Of a DNA stretch of 64,000 bases, positions 23,700-35,219 are shown one piece after another (position 1 is the stretch's first letter; each line of letters begins with the position of its first letter). Made by a program: the position numbers and the translations under genes. The stretch spans positions 3,669,308 to 3,733,307 of the forward strand of contig MU061578.1 of NCBI GenBank assembly GCA_013265495.1. The letters are read 5' to 3'. The stretch comes from Vicugna vicugna (taxonomy: Eukaryota). The notes under the pieces were generated by a model, which saw only the letters and a program-made list of their open reading frames with translations, was not told the DNA's origin and did no database searches.

Positions 23700-24115
23700 G
23701 CAGCAGCTCCGATTGGTGGGTTTCTCCAGCCTCCCAGGCGGCCTTGCCAAGTGTTATAAAAATACATCAGTGCGCCAGGCCGCCCAGCGTCACACTTACT
23801 GCCGTGGGGTGATAGGTTAAACAAATTCCACCTCAGAATTTACTGCGCCCGCTCGTTCTTGCCTCAGCGCGTGGACTATATTTCATACAGAAATACCTCC
23901 CTACGTGTCCGAGGGGGAGGGGCCCGGCTTTCAGAAGGCAGCTTCCAGATTTTTATATGAACAAAGGTAGCTGTATAAACGCGCCAAAAACAAGTCTTTT
24001 ACAGAGAGCCGTTTGTGAAACTTGCTTTCCAGTAACCAGTACATTGGGGGGTAGAGCGGGAATTGTAGCAATTTCATTCGATAAATTCTGTGCAGATTTG
24101 AATTTTTGGAAAACG
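23700..24115 (+). promoter_or_regulatory. Candidate orphan promoter or enhancer (CCAAT, NFI half-site, TATA)
   Basis: ATTGG 23712-23716, TGCCAA 23745-23750, TATAAAA 23755-23761, CA at 23785-23786, AACAAAG 23960-23966; repeat-free with CpGs retained. Confidence 0.45.
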
Positions 24116-25164
24116 GTGTGGTGAGGGAGTGGAGGTGGCCCGGGGGTCTGTGGTCAGCTCTGCCTCATGGGCTGACCCCTGTCCCTGTCAGGAACGGGGT
24201 ACCCGTGTGCCACAGTGACTGTTACCCACGGTTGTCCCAGCCTCATGGACGGTGGCTGTGGGCCCTTTGCTCAATCACCTGGCAACGTGGGAGCTTTGAG
24301 ATCTGGCCCAGAGCAGAGTGGTGTGGACCCTGAGAGAGCATGAGGATAGTGGTGCAAGTCTCACTTCCCTCTTCTGAGTGGGGACACGGCTTGGTGTCCG
24401 GAGACAGAGGGCTGGGCTTGGGACCCTAGAAGGGGAAGCTGATGGTCCCGACATGGGGGTCCCCAACACGGGGGACCCCTGCCATGGGTCCTAGGGGAGC
24501 AGAGTCCCTGGGGGCCACCTGTACTGAGACAGTTGGCGGCCCGATGGCGGGCATGAATCACTGAGGCTCACAGGGCCAGGGCGCCCTGGCAGGGAGGGCC
24601 CAGTGGGCGGGGGCCATGCCCTGGCCTGGCCAGACGGGTAGTGTCTCCACCAGGCGCCTGAAATAGCTCTAGAGGCGTCTAGCACTGGGAGGAGAGCATG
24701 GATGCCTAGCGGGATGGATGTGTTGGGAGCCGTGGGCAGCCCTGCCAGGCCAGGTAACCAGAGCCTGGCCCGGGGACACCCCTCTGGCCTAGGGACAAAC
24801 AGCAGGGGGTAGGGGCAGTTGGCTGTCTACACTCCTCCCCATGGGGCTCCATGTCTTCCTCCTACCCCTACAGGCTCTGCCAGGCCCTGAAGGGGAACCT
24901 GGCCAGCTTTGGCCAGACTTCTCAGAACTCCATATTGCCTCCTTCCCCTGGGGCCCTGGAGTGAGGCGGCTCCTGGAATCCACAGTGCTCTGCAGGTCGT
25001 CAAAGCCCCAGGGGTCTCCCTGCAGACAGGCCCCCGCAGACCCCATCACCCACGGCGCCCATCTCCACCAATAGCTGGACGACGTGGCTGGCACCCAGCC
25101 CTCCCTGCCCCTGGCTGGTGGACTCTTGATCCTCATGGGGGACAAGACTGTGATGAGGTGCCTG

Positions 25165-25425
25165 TGTCAGTGTCCTGGGGCCGTGGAAACCACCCCCACA
25201 AACTGGGCAGCTTGAAAGAGCAGCAATTTACCATCTGGTTCTGTAGGCCAGAACCTGAAGTCAGGACCCCTCACCACAGTTTGGCCCTGTCTGCCTGTCT
25301 GTTCTCTCCGCTGAGAACACGTGTCAGTGGATTAAGTCCCTCCCTAATCCAGGACGACCTCTTCTAACTTAATTAAGTGAGTGAAGACTATTTCGAGGGT
25401 CTCATTCTGAAGTTCCGATGGAGGA
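25165..25425 (-). mobile_element. MaLR LTR fragment (MLT1-type)
   Basis: CCACAAACTGGGCAGCTTGAAAG...GGTTCTGTAGGCCAGAA...CCTAATCCAGGACGACCTC...CATTCTGAAGTTCC. Confidence 0.7.
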
Positions 25426-26559
25426 GAATCTGGGGGATGCTATCCCACCGGTGCAGTGCTTACCTGTAGCCCGAGCAGTTGAGGGAACCCCCAGGTGCTG
25501 AAGGAAATGAGGGGGTTGGAGGAGGATGCCCAGGGACCTGCCTCCTGGGGGACTGTGGGGTCTGGGAGGTGGGGCAGCTTGAGGGGGTCCAGATGGACCA
25601 GGCAGTCCCAGAGCCCTGTTCTGAACAGAGGTTTGGGCTGTGATTTTTAATAAAGGAAGGGGGCAAGTGAGGGCAGAGCCCCCGCGGGGATGAGGGCAGG
25701 AGATCACAGGTCTTGCTGGGGGAGGGGGAGGCCGGCAGGCAGCACAGAGAGTCCTGGGGCGGAGTGTGCACAGCTGGTCTGCGGGCTGAACACACAGTAG
25801 GTGTTCAGACAATGTCTACGGAAAAGGCTTTGTGGAAACAAGACAGAAGTGTCCATTTCTAGGCTGGCAAAGGGAAACTTGTAGCTCCAGTAGCCTCTGC
25901 CACAAAGACTCCATTCTCCTAAAACACCCGCAGGACACATGCCCACACCTGGGATGCTGAGAACCCGGCCTGTGGGGCGCTCTTGGAGGGACAGGTCGGA
26001 CAGCGTCCACCAGGCGGGTCTATCAGGAAGCACTGCCTGTGGTGAGGGGTAGGGCAGATGTGGGGGTGTGTGGGGGCTACACAGGTTGAGGCCCTGCCCG
26101 TCCCAGCCTTGTCTGGGCTTCCCTGGCCAGCAGCCGCTCCAGGGATAGCTACTGGCCAGCAAGGCCTGGCCCGAGTCATGCTTCTCCAGGTGACCACTGC
26201 CCCATCCTGCGCGCATGTCCAGGATGCTATTCCCCCAGCCTCCCGGGGGAGTGGGGTGGGCGTTTCATAAAAAAAGGCTGGGCATGGAGGGACCTCAGAG
26301 GGCTTTCCACTATAAACTCTCAGTGCCGGGTGCCAGACCGTGGCATTAACCCTGTATTTAAAATGCTGCCTGTCACCAATCAGGGCAAACCAGCATCTCC
26401 TTGGTCTCTGGGCATTGGGGAAGATGCCTGAGCCCAGCGTATCCCAAGCCAGGTTCTGAAGACAAGGATTCCAGGAGGGATATGAGCAAGCAGGTTAGAG
26501 CCGTGGGCACTGGGCTCCATCCGTCCTGTGGGAGGAGTGGGCACAGCCTGGAGTTGTCC

Positions 26560-26805
26560 TGCCTGAGGGAGACGTTGAGGAGACACAGGAAGAGGATGGC
26601 TGTGTTTGGATGGAGGCAGAGGCTGGGCCGCTGAGGCCACAAGTTCAGGACCACCCAGGGTCCTCAGGAGCTGGACGAGATAGGAAGGATCCTCCCCGGA
26701 GCTTCAGGAAGAATTCAACCCTGCTGACATATTGATTTCTGATTTCTGGCCCCTAGAACTGCGAGAGATTAAGTTCCTGTTGTTTTAAGCCTCATTTATG
26801 GTCCT
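26560..26805 (+). mobile_element. MaLR LTR 3' half (MLT1C/D-like)
   Basis: GATGGAGGCAGAGGCTGG...CCCTGCTGACATATTGATTTCTGATTTCTGGCCCCTAGAACTGCGAGAGA...TTCCTGTTGTTTTAAGCC. Confidence 0.8.
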
Positions 26806-28254
26806 GTGTTCCTGGGTCCTCATCTGCATTGGTTTCCTGCAGCTGCTAGTGGCCACATCCCTCTGGCCTCCCCCTTCATTGCTGGCCCCTTGTCTGTCCT
26901 GTGTGGTGGGGGAGGCTCCCAGGGGTTGACTCTGTCTTGCCTCTCAAGGGCCGTAGGCTCTTGGGGAGGAGAGGTTAGAAGGAGGGTGGAAATAGTGGGA
27001 GCGAGGCACTTAGCTGGCCCTGGGGGAGCCTGAGAAAACCACCTCCTTGCCCGCCTGACCAGGTGTCCATGAGACCAAGGGCATGACTCCTTCCCTTTCG
27101 GGCCAGCGACCTCACTTCCTCTCCCCTTGACTCGGGAAACCCTGGGGCTTGTCTTGCCTTCCCTGCTCACCTCCTGAGGGTATCACAGCTTCCAGGTTTC
27201 AGGGATGACACACTCTTCTCTGCTTGAAGCTGCTCACCTGGCAGCATAGACCTAGGCGCAGTGTAGGTGCTGAAAGATGCCTGCTGACCTAATTTATCTC
27301 CCTGACCCCTATTTGGACATGCCGACAATCAAGGGGGACGCTGACAACACTGTTTGCCGTGCTGGACCCATGGCCACCTGTGCCATTAGTGACCTACTTT
27401 TCTTCAGAATCCATCCATCTTTGAGCTTCAAGTCTGTTTGAAAGAAGACTTTCTAAGGTGGGTTTGTGATGCGCGTGTTCTCTGTCCAGTCCATACACAC
27501 TGAAAGAAGCACAGACCTGCCAGCAGGAAGGGTTCTTACCTGAGGCACCGAATCCTCAGTGTGGGGCTCATTTGGGGGCGATGGAGAAGACTCACTTTTC
27601 CCCTCAGTTCACTGATACCCAGGAGACCCTCACAGGCAGGTGGGGCCAGTTCTCAGGGAGGAGGAGGCCCAGAGTGATTCCAGACCCCAGCACCTGAGGC
27701 TACAGCGGGGGCCATGCTGGGAGGAATAGTTGAGCTGGTTAAATCAGGTGGAAAATCAGTCTTCAGTGCTCCCCGGTGGCCACTGTGTCCCCAGGAAGGC
27801 GAGGATTACCCCGGCACTGCCAGGCAGCGTCTGTCTGTGTTTCCCAAGGTGATTCGAGTTAGCTGAACAGCTGCTCTGGAATCCACACTTTCAGAAAGGC
27901 AGCCCAGGGTCACCACAGAGCGCTGGGAGGGTGCCGCCCTGGGTCCTAGGACGCGTGAGCTCAGGACACCATCCTGGTCATGGCTGTTCGGCCTTGGGGC
28001 ATCTGGCCAACGCTGCCCAGTCCTGGGGACAGGCTATGCTGGGCCCCACTTCCCTGCCTTTGTGAGGTTGCCCTGCCTGACATGCCTTATCTACAGTCAC
28101 AGAGTAGGAGGGGGCCATCTGAGGTGGTGAAGGCCAAGGGGACTGCTCAGTGCCACCCCAGGCCCAAGGCCAGGCATCAACTGTGTCCCAAAGGGAACAG
28201 ATGGCTTGGCCATTCACGGCTCCCAAAGCTCACAGGAGCATCCCCCAAGTTAGA

Positions 28255-28430
28255 TGCATACACATACACATGCATGTGCACGTGGCCACAGATGCACACA
28301 CATCTGCACACACTGCGATGCTCCCACATACACACATGTGTGCACGCACAACAAGGACTTGCACTGGATAGGTATGGTTCTCATACCCACATGCAGGTTG
28401 CAGGCATGTATGCCTGGTTCATACATGTCC
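28255..28430. repeat. Degenerate (CA)/(TG)/CATG alternating purine-pyrimidine tract
   Basis: ATGCATACACATACACATGCATGTGCACG...CACATACACACATGTGTGCACGCACA. Confidence 0.8.
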
Positions 28431-29914
28431 TGTTTTCCCACTAATATGCCTGTGAAGCTGATGCCAGGGTCTTCCTGCCCAAGTGCCCCACCTCCTCTCA
28501 ACCCACTCAGCCTCCAAGTAGCTCCTCCAGAGCTATCCCGACCTCCAGTGGCTCCAGTGCAGTCCTGGTGGCGCTGGGGACAGGGAGCTGCAGGAAGAGC
28601 TGTCCAAGTGCTGGGGGAACAGAGGCTGATGGGGTGGAACCCAGCCCAGGGCAGTGGTCCAGCTCTGACTGAAGTCCCAGTAGCTGGGGAGGGGCTGCTG
28701 CAGCCGACCAGGAACCCCTTACTCTACCTGCATCCAACAGGTGTTTAGAGGGGCCCCACTGTGCTCAGGGCTCTGAGGCAGCTGTGCTGGGAGGCAGGGC
28801 CCTGGGTCTGCGGTCATGCTCTGTCTCTGAGCAGCTGTAAGGCCCTGGGCACCGTGACCTGGAAGGACTCTGGGGTGACAGAGACAGGCAAGGGCTGCAG
28901 GGATGGGCAGCGGCTGGCTTGAGGGACCCACCCACCCTGCAGTGCCCCCAGGGGAGCACGTTCTCACCTGATGAGGTGTGGGCCCTGGAGACCCACCAGG
29001 GCTGGGCTTCCGGGAGGGAGATGCAGTGGCCTGAGGGCTGAGATGGGCTGGGAGTCTGGGGTTCTTCCAGGACTGACACTGCAGTGACAGTTTTCACTGA
29101 CAGCCATTCCTAGCTGTAGGGAAGATGGAGGTCAGGGTCCAGACTCCCCACCCCCATGGCAGCCTGAGCCTGGGTGAGTGTCTAGGCCCCTCCCTGGGTC
29201 TGTCCACAGAACTGGAAAGGCAAATTGTCCCTGAGTGTAGTCCAGGCATGGGCTTCAGAGCTGGTGGCCCCTGACCTTCTGAGCCTCAGTCTGCCCATCT
29301 GAGCAGTGGGATGGCACAATACATGCTGTCCAAGTGTAGGGACAGCGATTGGGGGGTGTCATGATCCTATCAGCCTCAGCAACAGAGATGGTGTCCTGGA
29401 TGCCTGGTAGCTGCTCCCCCTGGGAGGCTGCTCCCGGCCAGAGCTCTAGGCTGTATGTATTGGGGCCGGGCCCACTCTCTGTGGCTGAGTCTGCTCAGAG
29501 CAGCTGGGCAGGCTGGCCACTCAGGCCAGGGTCGGCAGAGGACAGAGGCCTCCAGGGCCCAGGATGGGACAGGCAGGCATGTAGCCCTGTCGGGGTCCCA
29601 TGGGCCCTCCATGAGCCCCAGGCCCTGGGCCATGTAGACAGGAACACCCAGAGTTCCCATCACCCATCAGAGCAAGCTGTCTTTCACTGAGGTGGAGCTC
29701 ACAGGGCGTGGCCTTTCGTGGCATCAGGTGTATGGCATCTGTCATGGGTGTGACTGTGCTGTGTTCCTTCCTGCCCCTCTGTGGAACCCTCCGTGGCACT
29801 AGACTCGAGCTTGGTCAAAAGTTTCTGTGGCCAGTTTGCTAGATCCACATGGGCTGCGTGGGACTCTGGGTCTGGTTCCTGGGACCCCATGTTCTGGGGG
29901 GTGGGGCGGGTAGC

Positions 29915-30348
29915 ATATTAGTGTCCTGTGGCTGCTGTACCAAATCCCCAAAAACTCAGGACCTAAAAACACAGACATTTTATTCTCTTACAATCTGGAG
30001 GTCAGGAGTCCCACACAGATCTCATGGGCTGAGATCATGGTGTCTGCAGGGCTGGCTCCTTCTGGAGGCTTCTGGGCAGAATCTGTTTCCTGCCTTTTTC
30101 AGCTTTTGGAGGCAGAGGCGCCGCATCCTCGGCTCGCGGCCCCCTCTCCATGTTCACAGCCTGAAATGGCTGGTCGGGCTCTTTTCATGGCATCGCATCT
30201 TTCCAGCCTCCTCTTCCACTGCTGAGGCCCCTGGAGATGCTGCTAGACCCACCTGGATAACCCAGGAGAATCCCATCTCAGGTTAGCAATTGGCAAACTC
30301 TGTTCCACCTGCAATTTAATTCCCTTTACCACGTTGTGGCATGTAACC
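29915..30348 (-). mobile_element. MaLR LTR (MLT1E-like)
   Basis: TATTAGTGTCCTGTGGCTGCTGTAC...CTGGAGGTCAGGAGTCC...CCTTCTGGAGGC...CCCACCTGGATAACCCAGG...CACCTGCAA. Confidence 0.8.
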
Positions 30349-30590
30349 CGGCCCTGGGCCCCACACAGCAGGACCCCAGAGACCCCGTCCTCTGTGTTCT
30401 TTGTTCCCAGTACTACCCATTGGGCCTTGGCACCCCTGGGAACCGCCCCCCCTCCCCCAGCCAAGCCCTGGAGAGATGCCTTCATGCCCAGAATCTGCAC
30501 CCAGGTCAACAGTGGTGTCGGGTGTGGTTCCCTCCCCAGCACGCATTTCTGTCTTCCACAAGTTGTGTTGCTGTGCAATTCCGGTAGGGG

Positions 30591-30870
30591 GTGTTAAGGA
30601 TTGAATTGCATCCCCTTAAAATTCCTGTGTTGACTTAGTGACCCCCAGTACCTCCAAATGGGACCTCATTTGGAAATAGGGTCATTGCAGCTGTAATCAG
30701 GAGAGGTAAGATGTGGTCATGCTCGAGTAGAGTGGACCCAATCCCAATGGGACTGGTGTCCTTTGGAGGAGGGGTTGTGGACACAGCGCACTTAGGGAGA
30801 CCACCGTTGAAGACTGATGATTCACTGTAGGGGGCCTAGGAACCACCAGTAGCCAGAACAGATCCTCTGG
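30591..30870 (+). mobile_element. MaLR LTR 5' part (MLT1C-like)
   Basis: TGTTAAGGATTGAATTGCATCCCC...ACCCCCAGTACCTC...ATTTGGAAATAGGGTCATTGCAG...GACTGGTGTCCTT. Confidence 0.8.
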
Positions 30871-30992
30871 TGCCCCGTGGGAGTCCCCGGCACTCCGATC
30901 TCCCCTAGGGGCCTCCTGTCCAGGAGGTGAGTCTGTCTGGAGCTCTGTCATCTGGGCCTGGGCCTGACCAGTTGTCTAAACTCCAGGCAGGA

Positions 30993-31092
30993 GGGGTGTG
31001 GATAGCTCAGTGGTAGAGCGTGTGCTTAGCATGCACGAGGTCTTGAGTTCAATCCCCAGTATCTCCATTAATTAAAAAAAAAAAAAAAAAAA
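30993..31092 (+). mobile_element. tRNA-Ala(AGC)-derived SINE (Vic-1-like) with poly(A) tail
   Basis: A box TAGCTCAGTGG (31003-31013), anticodon arm GTGC-TTAGCAT-GCAC, B box GAGTTCAATCC (31045-31055), long A tail. Confidence 0.9.
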
Positions 31093-32044
31093 GAGACACT
31101 TCTGGCTAGGTCACTGCAGGGCCAAGCAACACCTTCTCTCCAGGTCCAGTAGAGGGAAGTGGGGTGCAAGCAGCCTTGCATCCTTTTGGCAGAGGGCCTC
31201 AGGGTTTGCAGGGGTACAGACTCCTGGCCTCTGAGCCGCGCTCCACAGGAGACCTGAGGCAAGCACATTGACTGCATGACCGGATGCTGGCGTTTGATAA
31301 TCGGGCAGAGTCCACTGCAGAGGTTCCCAGGAAAGGCAGCAAGCAAGGTGTAGGCTACAGGGACCCTCGGGCCTTCCTCTTCTGGTGGAGCCCCAGCTGG
31401 TGGGGAGGAGGCCTCTGATGGGGCGCTAGCCATGGGAAATGTGGCTTCAAGGCGCCTGCTTCCCCCTTGACTTCACCCCAGGGAATAGTGGTGAGGAGGA
31501 AGACACCGCAGAGACCACAGTCCGGAGCCCTTGGGGCCTAGGGCTTCAGAGAGGCAGGCGCATCTGGACAGTTGCCCAAATCCATGGCATGCATGCTTCT
31601 GTGTGCATGCCCAGGAGGGCCAGGCCAATGACCGCAGGAGCCAGGGTCTCCCCATCCAGGGGCCAAGACACTCCCAAGGCCCTTGGGAAGGCACGCTGCT
31701 TCCATAAAATCCTCAAGTCTTCAAACACTCTTTAAACTTTGGTCACGGTGACAGCCAGAAGTGGCCTCTCTGGACAGCATGCTTCTGTGATGAGCTCTGG
31801 ACGTGCTCCCTGGGGCTGCCCCCAACCCTGCTAATCAGGGGACACCCAGCTGGTCCTGGTGAGAGTCACCCTGTGGGGGAGTCTCCCACCATCCCCCACC
31901 CCCTGGCTTTCAAGAACAGTTTCCAGAACATCTTTTGGAAAGGCCATGTATGGCCACTTTTGCTGGTGGTGACTGCTCACATCTCCATGGACACAAATGG
32001 GCAAGTGGGGAGGGGGCAGTATGTGAGAAGAGCAGGAAGCCTGT

Positions 32045-32190
32045 CTGGGTTCTACCATTCACCAGCTGGTGATCTTGGGCCTGCCTCGGTTTCCTCATCT
32101 ATAAAGCCAGCTGCCGGCCCACATCTGATGGGGACAAACTTGGCTGACACATGAGAAGTGTCTGGAATGGGATCATGTAGCAAAAGTACT
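32045..32190 (+). mobile_element. MIR SINE fragment
   Basis: GGGTTCTACCATTCACCAGCTGGTGATCTTGGGC...GCCTCGGTTTCCTCATCTATAAAG. Confidence 0.6.
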
Positions 32191-32336
32191 GTTATGTGTA
32201 TGTTTCCATCTTTGCTCTGCCTACTGGGAAGGTCCAAGCAGAGGGTATGACCGAATGGTTCTGAGTGCTCTCTGAACTTCTTGTGTGTTTTTTTTTTTTT
32301 TTTTTGGTATTTCTTCCTTTCTTCATTCTTGATTCA

Positions 32337-33402
32337 TTTTTTTAATAATCACTTTTCTTAGATAGACTTCACCTATCATAAGGTTTGTCATTTTAAATTG
32401 TACAACTCAGCGGTTCTTAGTATACTCACTACAGATCCTGGACCTGGGCAACCATGATCAGAATCAGTTTTGGAACATTTCATCACCCCCTAAAGGAAAC
32501 TCCATACCCCTTGGCCATCACTCCCTGATCCCTCGTCCCCGGACAACCACTATTATACTTCTGTCCCAGTGGATTTTCCTGTTCTGGACTTTTCATGAAG
32601 AGGCAATCATACAGTGTTTCTGTCTTCCTGTATCTGGCTTATTTCACTGAGCGTGATGTTTTTGAGGTTCATCCATGCATCAGTGCTTCATTCCTTTTTA
32701 TGGCTGAATCATATTCCATTGTGTGGATGGACAACATTATGCATATGCATTCCTTTGTTGGTGGACATTTGGGTTGTTTCCACTTCTGGCTGTTGTGAAC
32801 AATGCTATGCACACTGGTGTGCAAGTTTTTGTGCAGACATATGTTTTCAGTTATGTTGGGGGTCTACCTGGGAGTGGAATTGCTGGACCTCATGATGATT
32901 CTGTGTCTAACCTTTGGAGGAACTGCCATGCTGTTTTCCTCAGTGGCTGAACCATTTTACATTCCCACCAGCCATGCTTAAGTTTCCAGAACCCACATCC
33001 TCCTCAACACTCATTATTTTCTGGGGTTGGTTTGTTTGTTTTGGTTTTTGATTCTAGCCACCCTAGTGGGTGTGAGGTGATATCTCACTGTGGGTTTTAC
33101 TTTGCATTTCCTTGATGAGGGGCAGCTGAGAATCTTTTCATGTGCTAATTGGCCTTTGGAGAACTGTGTTCAACTCCTTTACCCATTTTTTAAAGTTGGT
33201 AATTTGTCTTCGTATTGTTGAGTTGTAAGAGTTTTCTGTACGTTCTGGACACTAGTCCTTTATCAGATACTTGATTTGCAAACATCTTCTCCCGATTAGA
33301 AGGCTGTTTTTTCACCTTCCTAATGGTGCTTTTGAAGCACAAAAGTTTTTAACTTTGGTGAGATTAATCTGTTTTTAATTCTGTTGCCTATGCTTTTGGT
33401 AT
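32337..33402 (-). mobile_element. Old L1 (L1MB-like) 3'UTR and ORF2 end
   Basis: AT-rich block with TTCATTCCTTTTTATGGCTGAATCATATTCCATTGTGTGGATG, GGACATTTGGGTTGTTTCCAC, ATTTTACATTCCCACCAGC and CCTTTATCAGATA. Confidence 0.9.
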
Positions 33403-33769
33403 CTTTATTCATTTTTTATTCAACTGCAATGGACACATTTTGCAAGGTGCCCGAGTCCTTCATGGGTCCTTTACTGAGGGTGGTGGGGAGGGCAGGCTTG
33501 GCATTGGGCACACATTGTAGTTGTCAGCGGAGCTCAGGGAGGTGGAAGCAATCAGGGAAGGCTTCCTGGTGGAAGAGGCTGGTCCTTCACGCTGCTGGGT
33601 GGGACCTTGCTCCTTCAGCCTGGCTGGGTTCCTTTGTGTGGAAGTAGGACCCCAAAGCCTCCCCCATGTGTAGGACTGTTTTCCTCTCCTTCACCTGCCT
33701 GCCTCCACGCCCCTCTTTCTGAGCCTGGCCCCAGAACGGTGAATGGGAGACCACGGGGCTGGAAGCATA

Positions 33770-34215
33770 CAGGGTAATTAATTTTGACTTACAGAAGCTG
33801 TATTAAATTGGATAGAAACTGGTGAAAATAGGATTAGGAGAGAAGCTGAGCCAAGAGCAAACAGAAGGAAAACTCCCCGGGCTGGGCCGCCCAGCAGTGC
33901 TCTTGAGGCAGGAGGCGGGAGAAGGCCTGGACATTTCTGGGCGATCGCGTCATGTCCAAGGCTCGGCCTCCCCACGCCACCCCACTGAAGGGGCGGCCAG
34001 CCTGGGGCCGGGAAGATGGGAACGCAGCAGCTCCCCTCCCTGCGACCGGCTTATCTGTGCTGAGCTCACTCCAGTCTGAGGATTAATTTGGAAACAATTA
34101 AAATTCTGTGCAAAACAAGCCGCAGGCTGGGCTGCCCGGGGGCTGGCACGCATGGGGCCCTTTCACCACCAACGCAGAAATCTAATTAGTGCGGGATTAA
34201 GTCGGCTACAAATCA
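33770..34215. promoter_or_regulatory. Candidate enhancer (GGATTA x3, TAATTA x2, AACAAT)
   Basis: GGATTA at 33831, 34080 and 34194; TAATTA at 33775 and 34183; AACAAT at 34093; CpGs retained. Confidence 0.5.
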
Positions 34216-35105
34216 GCAAGCAGGGGACTGCTCTCGGAGGGCAGCTGAACCTCAGTGAGGCCCGCCGATCAGGGCCGGCAACAGACCCAGCAACGGTCTG
34301 TCCAGGTCGGGCTGGCGTCTCCGGTCTCTGGCCCCCGGCCGTGCCGACGGCTGTGCCCACAGGCACCGCCTGGCCCCTCGGTTGTCCCGCTGCCTCAGCC
34401 CGCAAGGCTCAGCCATTCGCACCCATATCAACAGGAGGCAAAGCCGTTCAAGTCCCAGGTGGAAGGCGAAGGAGGGGCTGAGGTCCCTGCAGGCCCCCTG
34501 CGCTGGCTCCTTGCTCTAGTAAATCCTGCCCAGGCTGGCCTCTTGCTTTCTCTTAAACTGCATTTTTGGGGTACCCGTCACTCTTTGTTGGGCCACTGAG
34601 ATACTTGTGGTTGTTTGGCTGGTGTCTGGAGGGGCCGGGGTTTGGCTGTGACAGAGCTCAGTGCTCCTCCGTGGGCGTGTGGGGCAGGTCCTCAGGTCTC
34701 CTGCCATCCAGGTGCAGACACAGCCAAATGGATGCCAGAGCAGCTGTCCAGGATCGGCCTCCTGGAGCAGTGGCTGCAGTTCCCTGTGTCCTGGAAGTCC
34801 TTGGAGACAGTGTCCCTCTCTAAGGTTGGCCAGAACCTGCCCTGCACTGCGTTTGGGCACATCACAGATCTGGGGCCAGATATGTGGGACTCATTCCTCT
34901 CCATACATGAGAACCCCTAGCAGCTGTGTGCTTACCCTGTCAACCTGGGACAGGAATTCTGTGAAAGCGCAGACTCTCCCTCTAGGCGAGTGCCTGCCCA
35001 CCCACATTTCCTCTGTTCCCTCAGGCTCTTCACACAGGTCCTGGGTGTCCCCTGGTCAGAATAACGGCCTCTGCACTAGGGTTTGTGAGGCGGAGTGCAA
35101 GGACA

Positions 35106-35219
35106 TTTTTTTTAAAAAGAACAAAACAAAAACCTTTTTTAAAAAATGGCGGTACTGGGGATTGAACCCAGGACCTTGTGCATGCTAAGCATGACTCTGC
35201 CACTAGCTACACCCACCCC
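35106..35219 (-). mobile_element. tRNA-Ala-derived SINE (Vic-1-like) with target-site duplication
   Basis: GGTACTGGGGATTGAACCCAGGACCTTGTGCATGCTAAGC...TAGCTACACCC; exact flanking repeat TGCAAGGACA at 35096-35105 and 35220-35229. Confidence 0.9.

Noticed and set aside
30993..31067. tRNA-Ala(AGC) gene
   Set aside because: Extra bases and mismatches in the acceptor stem, a poly(A) tail instead of a T-run terminator, and three sister copies in the window indicate a SINE.
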